Shown here piece by piece: positions 12,401 to 24,400 of a stretch of 64,000 nt of DNA. Position 1 is the stretch's first letter. Each line of letters begins with the position of its first letter. Under the pieces are notes generated by a model that saw nothing but the letters and a program-made list of their open reading frames with translations, searched no databases and was not told the DNA's origin. Origin of the DNA: Ascidiella aspersa (Eukaryota); NCBI GenBank assembly GCA_963924565.1, contig OZ004607.1, positions 30,318,001-30,382,000 on the forward strand. Direction: 5' to 3'. Both the position numbers and the translations under genes were made by a program.

Positions 12401-15400
12401 AACCAACCAAACCAACCAAACCAACCAACCCAACCAACCCAACCAAACCAACCAAACCAACCAACCCAACCAACCCAACCAACCCAACCAACCCAACCAA
12501 ACCAACCAAACCAACCAAACCAACCAAACCAACCAAACCAACCAAACCAACCAAACCAACCAAACCAACCAAACCAACCAAACCAACCAAACCAACCAAA
12601 CCAACCAAACCAACCAAACCAACCAAACCAACCAAACCAACCAAACCAACCAAACCAACCAAACCAACCAACCCAACCCAACCCAACCAACCCAACCAAC
12701 CAACCAAACCAACCAAACCAACCAAACCAACCAAACCAACCAAACCAACCAAACCAACCAAACCAACCAAACCAACCAAACCAACCAAACCAACCAAACC
12801 AACCAAACCAACCAAACCAACCAAACCAACCAAACCAACCAAACCAACCAAACCAACCAAACCAACCAAACCAACCAAACCAACCAAACCAACCAAACCA
12901 ACCAAACCAACCAAACCAACCAAACCAACCAAACCAACCAAACCAACCAAACCAACCAAACCAACCAAACCAACCAAACCAACCAAACCAACCAAACCAA
13001 CCAAACCAACCAAACCAGTAAATCGCAGGACGCCTATAGTACACAATCAAACACCAAACGAAGCACGGTGTTGCGGCGTAAAGGCTCCGATGCGTAATAA
13101 CTCCCGATAAAGATCTTCCAGCGTTGAGATTGCAAAAATCGACAGGGCTTTTAAGCCCGCCGGTGGCGCCGACAAACAAATAAACGAACGAACGCGGCTG
13201 TCGGCCTATTAATCAGCGCAGGTGCGTTCGTGGAATCGCTAGACCTGTCTTGTGCAGATTCCAATCGCCCAGCCGCAAATTGCCGATTGCGGCTTCGAAA
13301 ATCCCCTTCTCCACGTATGTTGAACGATTCTGGCCGGCGCCATATGCGGGGTTTATTTCACGGCGGGTTTGACTGTAGGTTTGTAAAACACCAGGCCGGC
13401 GAAATAAAAAATAAAAATAATATGTATCCGGGAAAAAATATTGTCTAAAAATACAACGCTCCGGGTTATAACTGTGAATAATATTTTCACGGGTTTTATA
13501 ACAAAACAGAAAAGTTTCCGGATCGCATTCTAGATCGGATCATGTCTACAAGTATGCGGAACAGAAAATGTGTTTTAAATATCAGCTCACAAGATAATTG
13601 TTCTAATGCCGTACTAGTTGACTTGAAAGGCCAGCGACACAGTCAATTCTTATTTGAGAAAAACAACATTAGACCATTATCTTGTCGCTTACCTTCCCAT
13701 CTTGAAGGCGGCCGAGAAAAGTCCGACGGTCAAGAAGGCTTTGCGCTCCTCGGGCAAGACGTGGCGCTCCGCGATTGGTCGCCTGCGGTCAAGCGGAAAC
13801 AGCGGTTGAATTTAAATGTTAGCACGAAAAGGGCACATGGCAAAACCATCAGTATTCAACTATATACACAAAACAAAAGAAAAAAGGCAATAACAGTACA
13901 ATAAATACGAATTGCTAAACTTGTAAGCGTTCGTTTACTTGCGGTCAAAGGTCACTGAACGTGTTTTGACGTTAACACCAACTGCTGACATGGTAGATTG
14001 TCGACAGTTGGTGTTAACACCTTGTCGCAGTGAACGCTCCCTGGTGAGTAACTTGTTATTGTTTATCTATGATGTTTAAATTACATAATGCTGTTTTTAT
14101 TTTAATAACCTTGTTTTGTATGTATTGACGTTCCACATAAATAAGTAAGGTATCTATTCGAATTAAGATTAGACGCCAGTTGTGTAGGACAATATGTTGT
14201 TATTAAGTTCCTGGACACTGATAAAGCCTTCAGTGTTGGATCGGATTCATTAGTTTTCACAATTAGCTGGATTAAATGTTTGGATATAGTATCCGACTTA
14301 AATATTAGAAAATACGTACTTAATTCCAAAAACACAAAACGAAGTTTCGATGTTATGCTTTACGATTGTAGTCAAAATTCCTAGGTCAGGACTATATTAT
14401 ACTTAGGCCTTTATAAAACTGACTACGACCTTGTTTGGTTCTGAATGTCACGTGTATAACTTACAGTAAAAAGAGACCTTTGGAGGTTAAACTTGAAAAT
14501 AATAACTATGCATACCTATCAAGTTTAAACATGGCGCATCCAGAAACTTAACCGACAGCAAACTGTAAATGCACCGTAGTTTTAGAATTTGTTGACTGAA
14601 ATCTGATATCATATGAGAATGAGACTCTTACATTTGTTGAAACGCCGATAGCTGTACTTACCCGAGAAGATCACAGGACGAGTTGGGATAGAAGACGTCT
14701 GATAGATCTTCCTCGCTGCCTACTCGCATCTTTTTCCGTGGTACGGCATCGGAGGAGTAAAAGTCCTTGTGGCTCTCGCCGCGTCCTCTTCTATGGCCAC
14801 CGGAAGAACGCTGGACCTATACAAAGTCATAAAAAAGTCGAACGTTTCTCGTGAGAATTTAGTGATTTCGCGTGAGGATCTAGGTGTTTAACATCTGGTG
14901 AACATTCCGCACACTAAGAATACCGTGCTTAGTCAATGTTCTGAAAACGATAAGCGCAGCTACTAAGGGAGGTGAAAATATTAAAATTGAGTTAAGGTGG
15001 ATGAGAAAGCTGTAAGGGTCGATATTGTGTGACTATCATAACAGCCTTTATAAACAAAATGACAACGTAAAAAATATTGAACATGCTCAAAGCGGGTAAG
15101 TTTAAGTTATTGTTTATGACCGACGTAGTCAAAATTATGCCTTGACCAATAAAATTCGCCGTAACAAGAAAAATTGGTTAGAACAGTCCTTTTACGTTAC
15201 TAAATTTACAATATGTCAATATCATAGATATTTTAGGAGGAATTGTAAATATTTTTCGGTACTTATAGTAAAGCAGGTTTACCAAACAATGAATGCATAT
15301 TTGCGTTTCACAACGGCCACGCATCCCAAGTAGCCTATGTATAAAGTTACTACTTCATCCTAGCGGCTTTTTTTGTTTTCTGTTATTTTGAAATCGGCTT

Positions 15401-18400
15401 TCAGCGTTCGCCGGATTAAATTTGTTTAATTCATCTCTGTGGGTAAACTGGGAAGTAAAACTAGGTTATTTACCCGGATAACAAGTTAGTGAATCGATTT
15501 GTAATTACTAACGGATGTATGCGTACCGGATAGAGCCGGGCAAATAGTCAACAGGCACATCCTGTGGCTATTTACCCGGCTAAAAACTAATATAAACGGA
15601 TTATAAAACATATCATGGAATTAATGCAAACCTCGAGAAATTAAATTACATTTTACCATCCGAACCCAATCGCTAATCCCAACCCTGACCTAAAACAGTG
15701 TATAATCACTAATGCGTGTACTGTACGCGTACCGAGGGAGCCGGGTAAATAGCCTCTGCCCTTAACAAATCCTTAATATCGACTCACGTTATTGTTGTGG
15801 TTCTCGTTGCGTTCCGATTCGGCGTCGGGCTCACCGTCCACACTCGACTGTTTGCGCTTCAACCGGGCCACGACCGACTCTAAGCTCTTCTTAACCACTG
15901 CGACGCCCGCTTTGGTCGGTGACTCGGGATGGAAGCGATCCGAGGACGACTGGGTGGAAAGGGACGACGACTTGCGAACTGTAGACTCAATGGCCTCGTC
16001 CATGTGTCGGTCGGCGGCGCGTCCGTGATACATGCCCGGTTCTGGGACGTTGGTCGCCGCCAGCCACGCGGCCGAGCCCGACTGCTGGCGTAGGGACTTC
16101 CCGACCAGCAATGATCCCACAGCAGCCTTTGCGCGGTTGACGGTGATATGGGAACTTGCCGGTTCCGCGGGTTTGCGTACTGCGGCGTTCCGCTTTTTAG
16201 CGCTCGCCAGCGACTTGACAACCAGTTTGCTGGACTTGGCTAGGAGCTTCCGCTTAGTTATCGCGGCCGCCACATTGGGTCGGATAGCGCTAGGGGCGAT
16301 GCTGGCGTTGGCGCGCCGCGAGATAGGCGCCAAAGAGGCAGCGCCTTGTGCCGTCTTAAGGCCGTTGCTCTTCCTAGGTCGCCCCGGGCCGCGCTTTTTC
16401 ACGACGCCAACTCGAACAGCGGCTCCGTCTCGGTGTTTGCTCGCCCAGAACTTTTTGGGCTTCTCGGACGCTGCTGGCGAAGTAGAGGAAGAAACAGACG
16501 ACGGCGTTGCTACGTCTTGAGTCGCCTTGGAGTTCTTGGGCGGTCGCCCGCGCGGTTTCTTATCCAGGGGCCGCGATTCGCCCGAGACCTTTTTAAGGTA
16601 CTCGGCCACGGCGCTGTCCACCGTCTTGGCCAGGATGTCGGTGCGCACCTGCGCCGAATCGAGGCGAGCCGTGATGGCCGCTTTGATGTGGTTTACCAAG
16701 TCCTCGCTAACCTGCGCCTTGTCGCCCGCCTGGTCGGTTGAGGGCGACCCCTCATTCATATTTAACTTGTCGTGGCTGTTGCTGCTGTTGGCTGTTACCG
16801 TTGCAGATGTCGGCTTTACGCCAGTCACAAACCCGACCTGACCGGCCGATTGCGTGGTGCGCTTTTCTCGGGCGTCGCCGGGTAGTCTTGTAGGCGGTGC
16901 AGGTGCCGGGGGCGTCTCGTCCAGCGAGGGCTTCTTGGCGCGCGGACCCCGGGGCTTTCCCAGGGGCCATCCGCGCTTTCTGGAAGCCTTGCGCGAGCTG
17001 TTGCTGGCCAGGTCGCTGTCGGACTCGGACAAGTGCCTTAGCTGCTGTTGTTCGCGAGCTGCTAATCCTGGCTTAGTTTTGTCGGATTCCTGGGTAAGTT
17101 TGGTTGAATTTTTCGCGTTGGAGGGTGCATCGATCTTTAATTGTGGTTCAGTAGGCACGGTTGTTTGTTTCGCGGTCGCTGATGACTTTGGCGGGTAGAA
17201 GCCCTTGAGAAGGCCGAGGGGCGAGTCGCCGCTGTAGGGCTGCACGTAACCGTGTTCGACGAAGAACTCAGAGCGACAGAAGATCGAAACCCGGTTGAGC
17301 TGCTTCGAGCTGAAGCGCTGCCGGTGATGCTGAAGGTCGCCCGAAGGTGGAAACGGCGCTCGCTTCGCTTTGCGGTTCTTGGACGGATCCCTATAGGAGC
17401 GACTGTCCTCAATACCGGCCGCCTTCACCGCGGGGGCGTTTTGAGCGACGACGAAATTGCGCGCGAACGCGTTTTCGACGCCCATCGAGGATCGCTGGAG
17501 AAAGGGAAGTGAAGCTGAGATGCAGGAGCGAGCCAGCTGGCGTGAGAGCTCTTCCATGTTGAAGAGGAAGTTGGGATCGGCGGCGTTCTTGCGTCGTACC
17601 AGCTTCTTCTTCTTGTGCTTGTGCCGCTTCGACTTGGCGTCGTGCGTCTCCTCGATCTTGCGCGTGTGCTCCGAGAACTGGCTGAGTCCTCCGAACTCCT
17701 TGATGCCCTGGAAGGAGGGCATCTGCGAAGAGGTTAGACCGGAGCCAAATACAGACGGGAGCATGGAAGGGGATGCGATTGGAGACGACATCGCGTCAAC
17801 ACTCTTCAGCTGGCAGGAGGAAGCGGTCGCGGAGGATGAAGAGGCAGGTGGGGGATCCATGTCGGAAGAGCTGTCGCCGCCGTCGTACGCGTTGTCCTCA
17901 TCTTCACCGGAGATGCTCGAGAAGCTCTCTGGTCTTTTCCCTGTGGAGATCGACTCCAGGCTGCTGGAGCTTGATGCGCTCTTCGACGACATCTTCTTCT
18001 TGGCGATGGGAGCCGCGTTGGAGACTGGAACGACACTGGGAACGATGTGAATGCTCTCCTCCTCTTTGCTCTTGGCTTTTTCGCGTTCTTGCTGGAGGTG
18101 GAGGCGTTCTTTCTTTTTCTTTTTCTTCTCCTTGCTCTTTTTAGACTTCCTGCCTTCTTCGTGCCGCTCCTTCTTGTGCTTCTTTTTCTTCTTTTTTCGC
18201 TTCGATTTGTCCGAGGTCGCGAACGGTTCTTCCACAGCATCCGGCCTGTTCTCCTGCAGTTCGGAAGCAATTGGAACGAGCGGCTGCGGCTTATCTGGCT
18301 TCTGGGAATTTTCGATCGCGATACCGGGCTCAGCTACCTTCTTTTCGGCGACACTTCTGACCTCGGGCTTTTTATTTGCCTGCTCTTTTTGCCGGGGCTG

Positions 18401-21400
18401 GAATTCACCGATTGCCTTCTTCGCTTCAGAGCCAACCTTTTGTGCCTTCTTGCGCGCGCCTCGCTTCGGCTTGGAGCGCACGTTGTTCATGCTGCGCTGC
18501 GACTGCTCCAGGGCGCGGTAGAGAATCGAATTGGAGATCTTGTAGTGCTTGGCGAGCTCGGAGAAGGTATACATGCCGTCCTCGTCTTTCGAAGCGTCGC
18601 TGGGAGCCGACACGGACGCCGTTTCACCGCTAGCAGCGCCGCCGAAAAGCTTGCCGCCCTTTGCAGCACGCGAGCGCTTCTTTTTACCGCTCTCGTCGGC
18701 GGCGGGCCCGGTCGAAGCCTGATTCCGCGTCCGCACGCCGTTCTGCTTAAAGGCGCCCACCACCTCCTTGGCGCCGGCCGTTTTCTTCTGGATGGAGGTC
18801 TTTTTGGAAATTTCGTCAAGCATATTGCGGAAGGCCTCGGCGCGCTCGCGACTTCGACGGTTTTCCTTGGGCTTGTGGTTGAGCACCTCGATGAAGCCCT
18901 TGTCGTTGATGGTGTACATAGACACCACTTTGTTGGCGCTGGTCACCGGTTTAGCCTCGGTTTGCGGCGTCGGCGCTTTAGTTGCTGCTGATGCCGCTAC
19001 CTCGGCGCCGTTCGGCTTGAATTTCAAGTTCATCTCCTTCATCTTCTTGGACGGGCGACCTCTTTTCGGGATGCGGTCCATTTCGGAGAGCATGGGCGGC
19101 AGTTTGGGGTCCCGAATGGCGGTGACGGTTTGCCAGCGCTGTACAGCAGAACTGTCAGCAGTCGCGTGTGTTGGACCGTCCTGCTTCGCCGAATAACTGG
19201 CACCCTTGTTGACGGGCACTTGCAGGGATGCTGGCGCTATGAGTTTGTGCTCGTGGTGGCCGTTTGGCTTTGAAACGACAGCAGCGGATTCGGCGGCCCA
19301 TTGCTGCTGATGCTGCTGCTGTTTTTTCTTTGCTTTTTCTTGCTTCCTTTCACTCTTGTCCTTGCGACTGGACGAACTTCCGCTACCGTGCTTTGATTTT
19401 CCCGAGGACGACTTGCCAAGGCCGATCGGATCGGCTGTGGTCTTGGGAATCATGCTGCTGTAGTTAGGTGAAGGATTAGCACCGGAGGAGTCGGCAACCA
19501 TCTGTGGGCCCTCGCTGCCCGCAGTTGACGAAGTATTGGAGTGCCGGTGGGTCTTGTGCTTTTGCCTGTACTGCCGGTCGTCGTCCCTCGCGCCTTCACT
19601 GTCGTTAAGGCTCTCTGTGGGCGAGGCGTCACCCTCATGCTGGGCTTTCGATTTCTTGTGCTTCTTGTGCAAACGCCGCTTGCGCTTTTCTTTGCGCACC
19701 GACCAGCTGTCGCCGCCGACGCTCGCGTACTGCTTATCAACGCTTCCCTTTGGCTCCGACGAGGCCCACGTCGCCGCGGTGCCCGCCACGCCGCCAAGTT
19801 TAGACGCGGACGCAACCTTTGGGGCGAGAGCGCTACTTCCCCCGCCATTATTGCTGCTGTTGTGCGTAGGAGCGTTCTGGTACTCGAGGCAGCCTTCGTC
19901 GATTTCAACCACGCTGTCTGGAAGCGGAATCGAGTTGATGAGGTTCTCCTCGTTCAGCAGCATCTCGTTGCTGGTGAAGGTCTCACCCAGACTCGAGTTG
20001 ACCATGTGGCAGAAATCGCTGCCCATGTGTTGCTGGGCAAAGCCGGACGAGGAGGCATCCTGCATCATTGAAGAAGAGGAGGAGGAAACGGGTCCTTGGA
20101 TGCCAGGACTCGGCGAGTCGTCGTGGCTCCCGCTGCTCGAGTTACTCCCGGAAGTCTTCTCGGCGTCTGACGGGATCGGGGTCGTGGTGAGCTTCTTCTC
20201 CCCTCTTCGGTCCTCTCCAACGCTCTCCTCGCTCCCACTGTCGCTCCTCCTTCCCTGTCCTCCTTCTCCTCCGGGAAGAGGAAGTTGCGGCGCCTTGATG
20301 AAGTCCTGGTAGGGCACGGAGGACATAGAGTCGGTGGTGAGAAGGGTTGGGTTGTTGTTGTTGTTGTGCGAATGGGACAGAGAGCGCGATGCCGTGTTGT
20401 AAGCCATGTTCTGCTGGTACTGACTCGCCTAAAAACAAAACAGGTCGATTATAGGGTTATTGCGTACTTTGATAGAGCGTATATAAACTGTTGCTACCAG
20501 GCATAGTAATAATAATCAAAAAACTATTACAAATTTCCAGAAGAGCTGTTTTTGTTTAATAGAGGTTGTTGCGCACTTGTGGCTGTATTGTTGCCCTAAC
20601 GCACGAGTTTAGCAATTTTTGTTGCAATATGGTGTGGTTTAAGACAGTATAAGCAATAATTTCTTAGCCTGGTCTTAACTAAGGCTTCTTGATTTCGACA
20701 AAATTTAATTCTTTTAGTAATTTTAAATTCAAACCAATTGTTTAGTTCTATACAATATAAATTATTTAGCTATTTTGTATGTGTGAGGAGCTGCCACACA
20801 AACCGTCACCATATTGCAGACTGGTTGTTGCAGAATACTGATCGCAAAGTATAAAATAAACGATTAGTAAGTGCTATTCACTCGTTTACTGCAACGCTAT
20901 GGAAACAGGGACGGTTTTGTTCACGTTTTCACGACCGTATTTGGGCGTAAAATGCTCTATTCGGATGCCTTTCGCTACTGTTGGCAGCTGAAGCGATACA
21001 TTCATGCGGACGGGCCAAATACAGCGCAGGCCTCTCAACCGCTATCAATCTGACTCCACAGAAATGCGGGCAAGGCACGAGCTCTAACAGACAAGCCTGC
21101 GGTGAAAATCAAACTCAAGACCTCGGTTCTTTCGGAGTGTATGCTGTACCGACTGAGCAACGTTGGCTTAGCGACATAATAAGAATGCATAAAAATCGAT
21201 TATTGACGAAATGTCCTGATAACGCGCCTATACAGTGTGCGTTTGAGGCAAAATTATAAAAATAAACGAAGGTAATTAATTCGAAATACTGTTAACTGTA
21301 CTATTGACCTTTTACTCCAGTCTTAACGACAGCAAAACGCCGTTTAAAATGTGTTAAGTGCAAAAGTAGAAAAACAAACGGCAAGCGTTTCACATACAAA

Positions 21401-24400
21401 GTATTTGTTTGGGGACAAAACTAGCAAAATAAACGGAAGCATTTTATTAGGAATACTGTTAACTGTACTGTTGGCCTCATTCGTCTTCCGTAATGACCAT
21501 AAAACGCCACTTAAAATGTGTAAAGTTCGAAATTATGAAAACTAAGAAACTGTTTGTTTATAAAACGGCAAGGATTTTTAATGTTTAGGCGCAGCATTTT
21601 CGCTACGCTGGTTAACTAAACAGCCATTATTTTTCCAATCTAAACACAAAAATAACACATCATGCCCCAAACGAGTCGCCTACCTTGACGTGGCTCGGCG
21701 TTACGATGTCGTTGGCCCTAGAAGGCGGCATAGAGATGGCGGTCTGGTATTCCTGCATGGCATACTGCGAGCCGTGAAGGAGTTGGCCTCCCAGCATAGT
21801 CTGCTGCTGCTGCTGCTGCTGCTGTTGCTGTTCGTGACTCTGCATGTTGAACTGACTCTGGCCGGCATAAGGTCCTTGCAAGTATCCGTCGTCCATTCCC
21901 GGGTTGGTAAATCCCGAACCGAGTCCGTCACTCGGAAACGGCTGCCTTCCTCCCACTGCTCCTACTCCAACTCCTACTCCTCCCATGTAGGGCGAGTTGT
22001 CACACTGGACCGAGCCTAAGTTTTCCAAGCCCCAGGTCTGCATCTGGAAGTTTCCCTGGGTCTGCTGCTGGTGCTGCTGCTGATGCTGAATTCCGACTGA
22101 CCCCGGTATGACGTAATCGCCCCCTGGGGCCGCGACGGACCCCGACGCGCTCGAGGTGATGTTGGACATTGTGAGGGCGGTTTCGAGGAGAGTGTTCTGT
22201 TGTGGCATCTCCCTTTGGTCCTGTTGTTGTTGCAGTTTTTGTTGCTGTGCGGTGTTGATTATGCTGCTGTTGTTGTTGTTGATGTCGTTGATCGTCTTGC
22301 AGATGTTGTTGGGCCGAATGAGCTCCTCGCGAAGGAAGATGGCTGTTGACAAGAGGGAGAAGGTAAGGTTGGAAAAATGTAGAAGGCCAACGAGTATACT
22401 TGATTTCGAGGCAGTTAATATACGATTTTTTCCTAAAAATTAAGAAAGGTTTTTCTGGTGTACATTTAAATAATTTATGATTTTTGTTTTAAGGCGGTAT
22501 CAATCCGTTTCGGAACAAGCAAGTTGCCAAAAGTTAAATTCCTTTAAAAATGCTTTCAAGCTAAAAATAAATATCTTTCCGTATCCGAGGTTTTAAACCG
22601 TAAATATTCTTAAAATTTGTTTGTGGTAATTAAAGTAAGTCCTTTAATAAGGTGTAAGGAGTAAAGCCTTTTTCAAAGGCCATCTTATACTTGCAAGGGC
22701 GAGGAGATTTTTTTATATAAACATTTGTCTTGCCAGGTTATAAACCGCCACAAGTAAAAAAGCTGTCATAAACGCCGAAATTTGCAATCGTCGTGAATAG
22801 TTTTTTTCACAAACTTCCATAACCTTCAGAGGGCCGCAACAAAAACAAAACAAGCGCACAAATCCGTAAAGTCGAGCTAACGGTGGGCCTCCTTACATTG
22901 CTCTTCGGCGTTGGTGACGGACTGGATAAAGTGCTGGTCGATTTCCTCCGAGTAGCGTTCCAAATCTTCTTCGTTGAGTTCCTCTCGCTGCTGAGCTTGA
23001 GTAGCTTGAGAATCAGGATCGCTGTCGGTGAGGTTGCTGCTGGATGAAGAGGCTTGGGGGTGGTGGTGATGATGGTTGATGTGGTGGTTATTGGGATGGA
23101 TAGAGTCCTGAAATTTAAACGACAAACAGGTGTATTTTGCAGGCAACTGTTTGCCGATTCTGAGAGCTGTTCTTATTACTATTGAACATTATTAGGAACA
23201 TATATGCTACACTGGAGCATAATGGTTGGAGGTTGTAGTAAGACGTAATACGAAGCCCATACAGAAGTGGGTTGCATTTTGAACGTTTTGAATAACTCTT
23301 TATTCATTTTCAACATTGAAAAATGAATAAAGTAATAATAAAAGTATAGAGATGTTGAAAATGTTGAAAATGTACAAATAAAGATGTTGAAAATGAATAA
23401 AGAGTTATTCGAAACGTTCGACATGATACCTACTTCTGTATGGGCTTTGATATTCTTACTGCATAAATGCTACAAGCATTGCAAAACGGCATCCACTATC
23501 TTATCCTTACGGTCAAGTACTGAAGGTTAAACGATAAACGGGTGTATTTGGCAGGCAATTGTTTGCCGATTCTAAGTGCTGTTCTTATTACTATTGAACA
23601 CTGTTGGGGACTCTAAACCTAAATGCTACAGGCAAAAGGCATCTACTACATTATACTTACCATTGCTGCATATTTAAAACGGTATTCAAAGAAAACAAAA
23701 GCCTAAATTTTTAAAAAGCCTAAAGTATTGTCTCATGAAAGGTCATCTAGATAGGTTAAAAAAGAGTTTACTTGTTTAACGAAGCAGTCCTAAAATTGTG
23801 TAAAGTCAGTCCTAACGAATTTCCACAATTTCTGTTTTAATTTTCCAGACTGCTTTTAGAACTGGGTTTCTTGCCTTAAGACTTTGTGGTATTGCATCGC
23901 AAACACGAAAACAAACAAAGCACCCAATCCTGCGACATAAAACATAATCCAAAAATGATCGGAACACGAACAGATATTTAGTTCATATAAAAAAAGAGCC
24001 CTTTTATTTTATGGAATGATAACTTGGAATAAAAACACTCTTTTTTTTCTTTTGAAAATGATAAACAGTTTTGTTTGTGTGATAATATATGATAAAAATG
24101 GTGTTTAAATAAGGTTTGATCGCTTGGAAAGAAGTTTACCTTATAGTCTGTAGGAAAAGGTTCTGGCAGTGCACTACTACACAAAGTAAACAGAAAACGC
24201 CAATCCTTCACCACGACACTTACTAACTGTGGTTCCGACTCAGGCTCCGGTTCAACAAGGTCACCGGGATCGACGATATTAACGGCGGCGGCGGCAAAAG
24301 CGTTGGGGCCGACGATGGCGGCCGTCGAGGGCGGCTGGACGGAGCGAAAGTCGCCGCTCTGGCTGATGAAGTTTCGAAGTAGGGTTAGAAGCTCGTTATT

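Noticed and set aside
12275-13179. Three 238-284-aa ORFs (WLV/GWF/GLV repeats)
   Set aside because: Artefacts of a stop-free 9-bp repeat inside an intron.
15792-20312. Many overlapping and antisense ORFs up to 314 aa
   Set aside because: Shadows of the GC-rich, Lys/Ser-rich ASH1L giant exon; no independent motifs.
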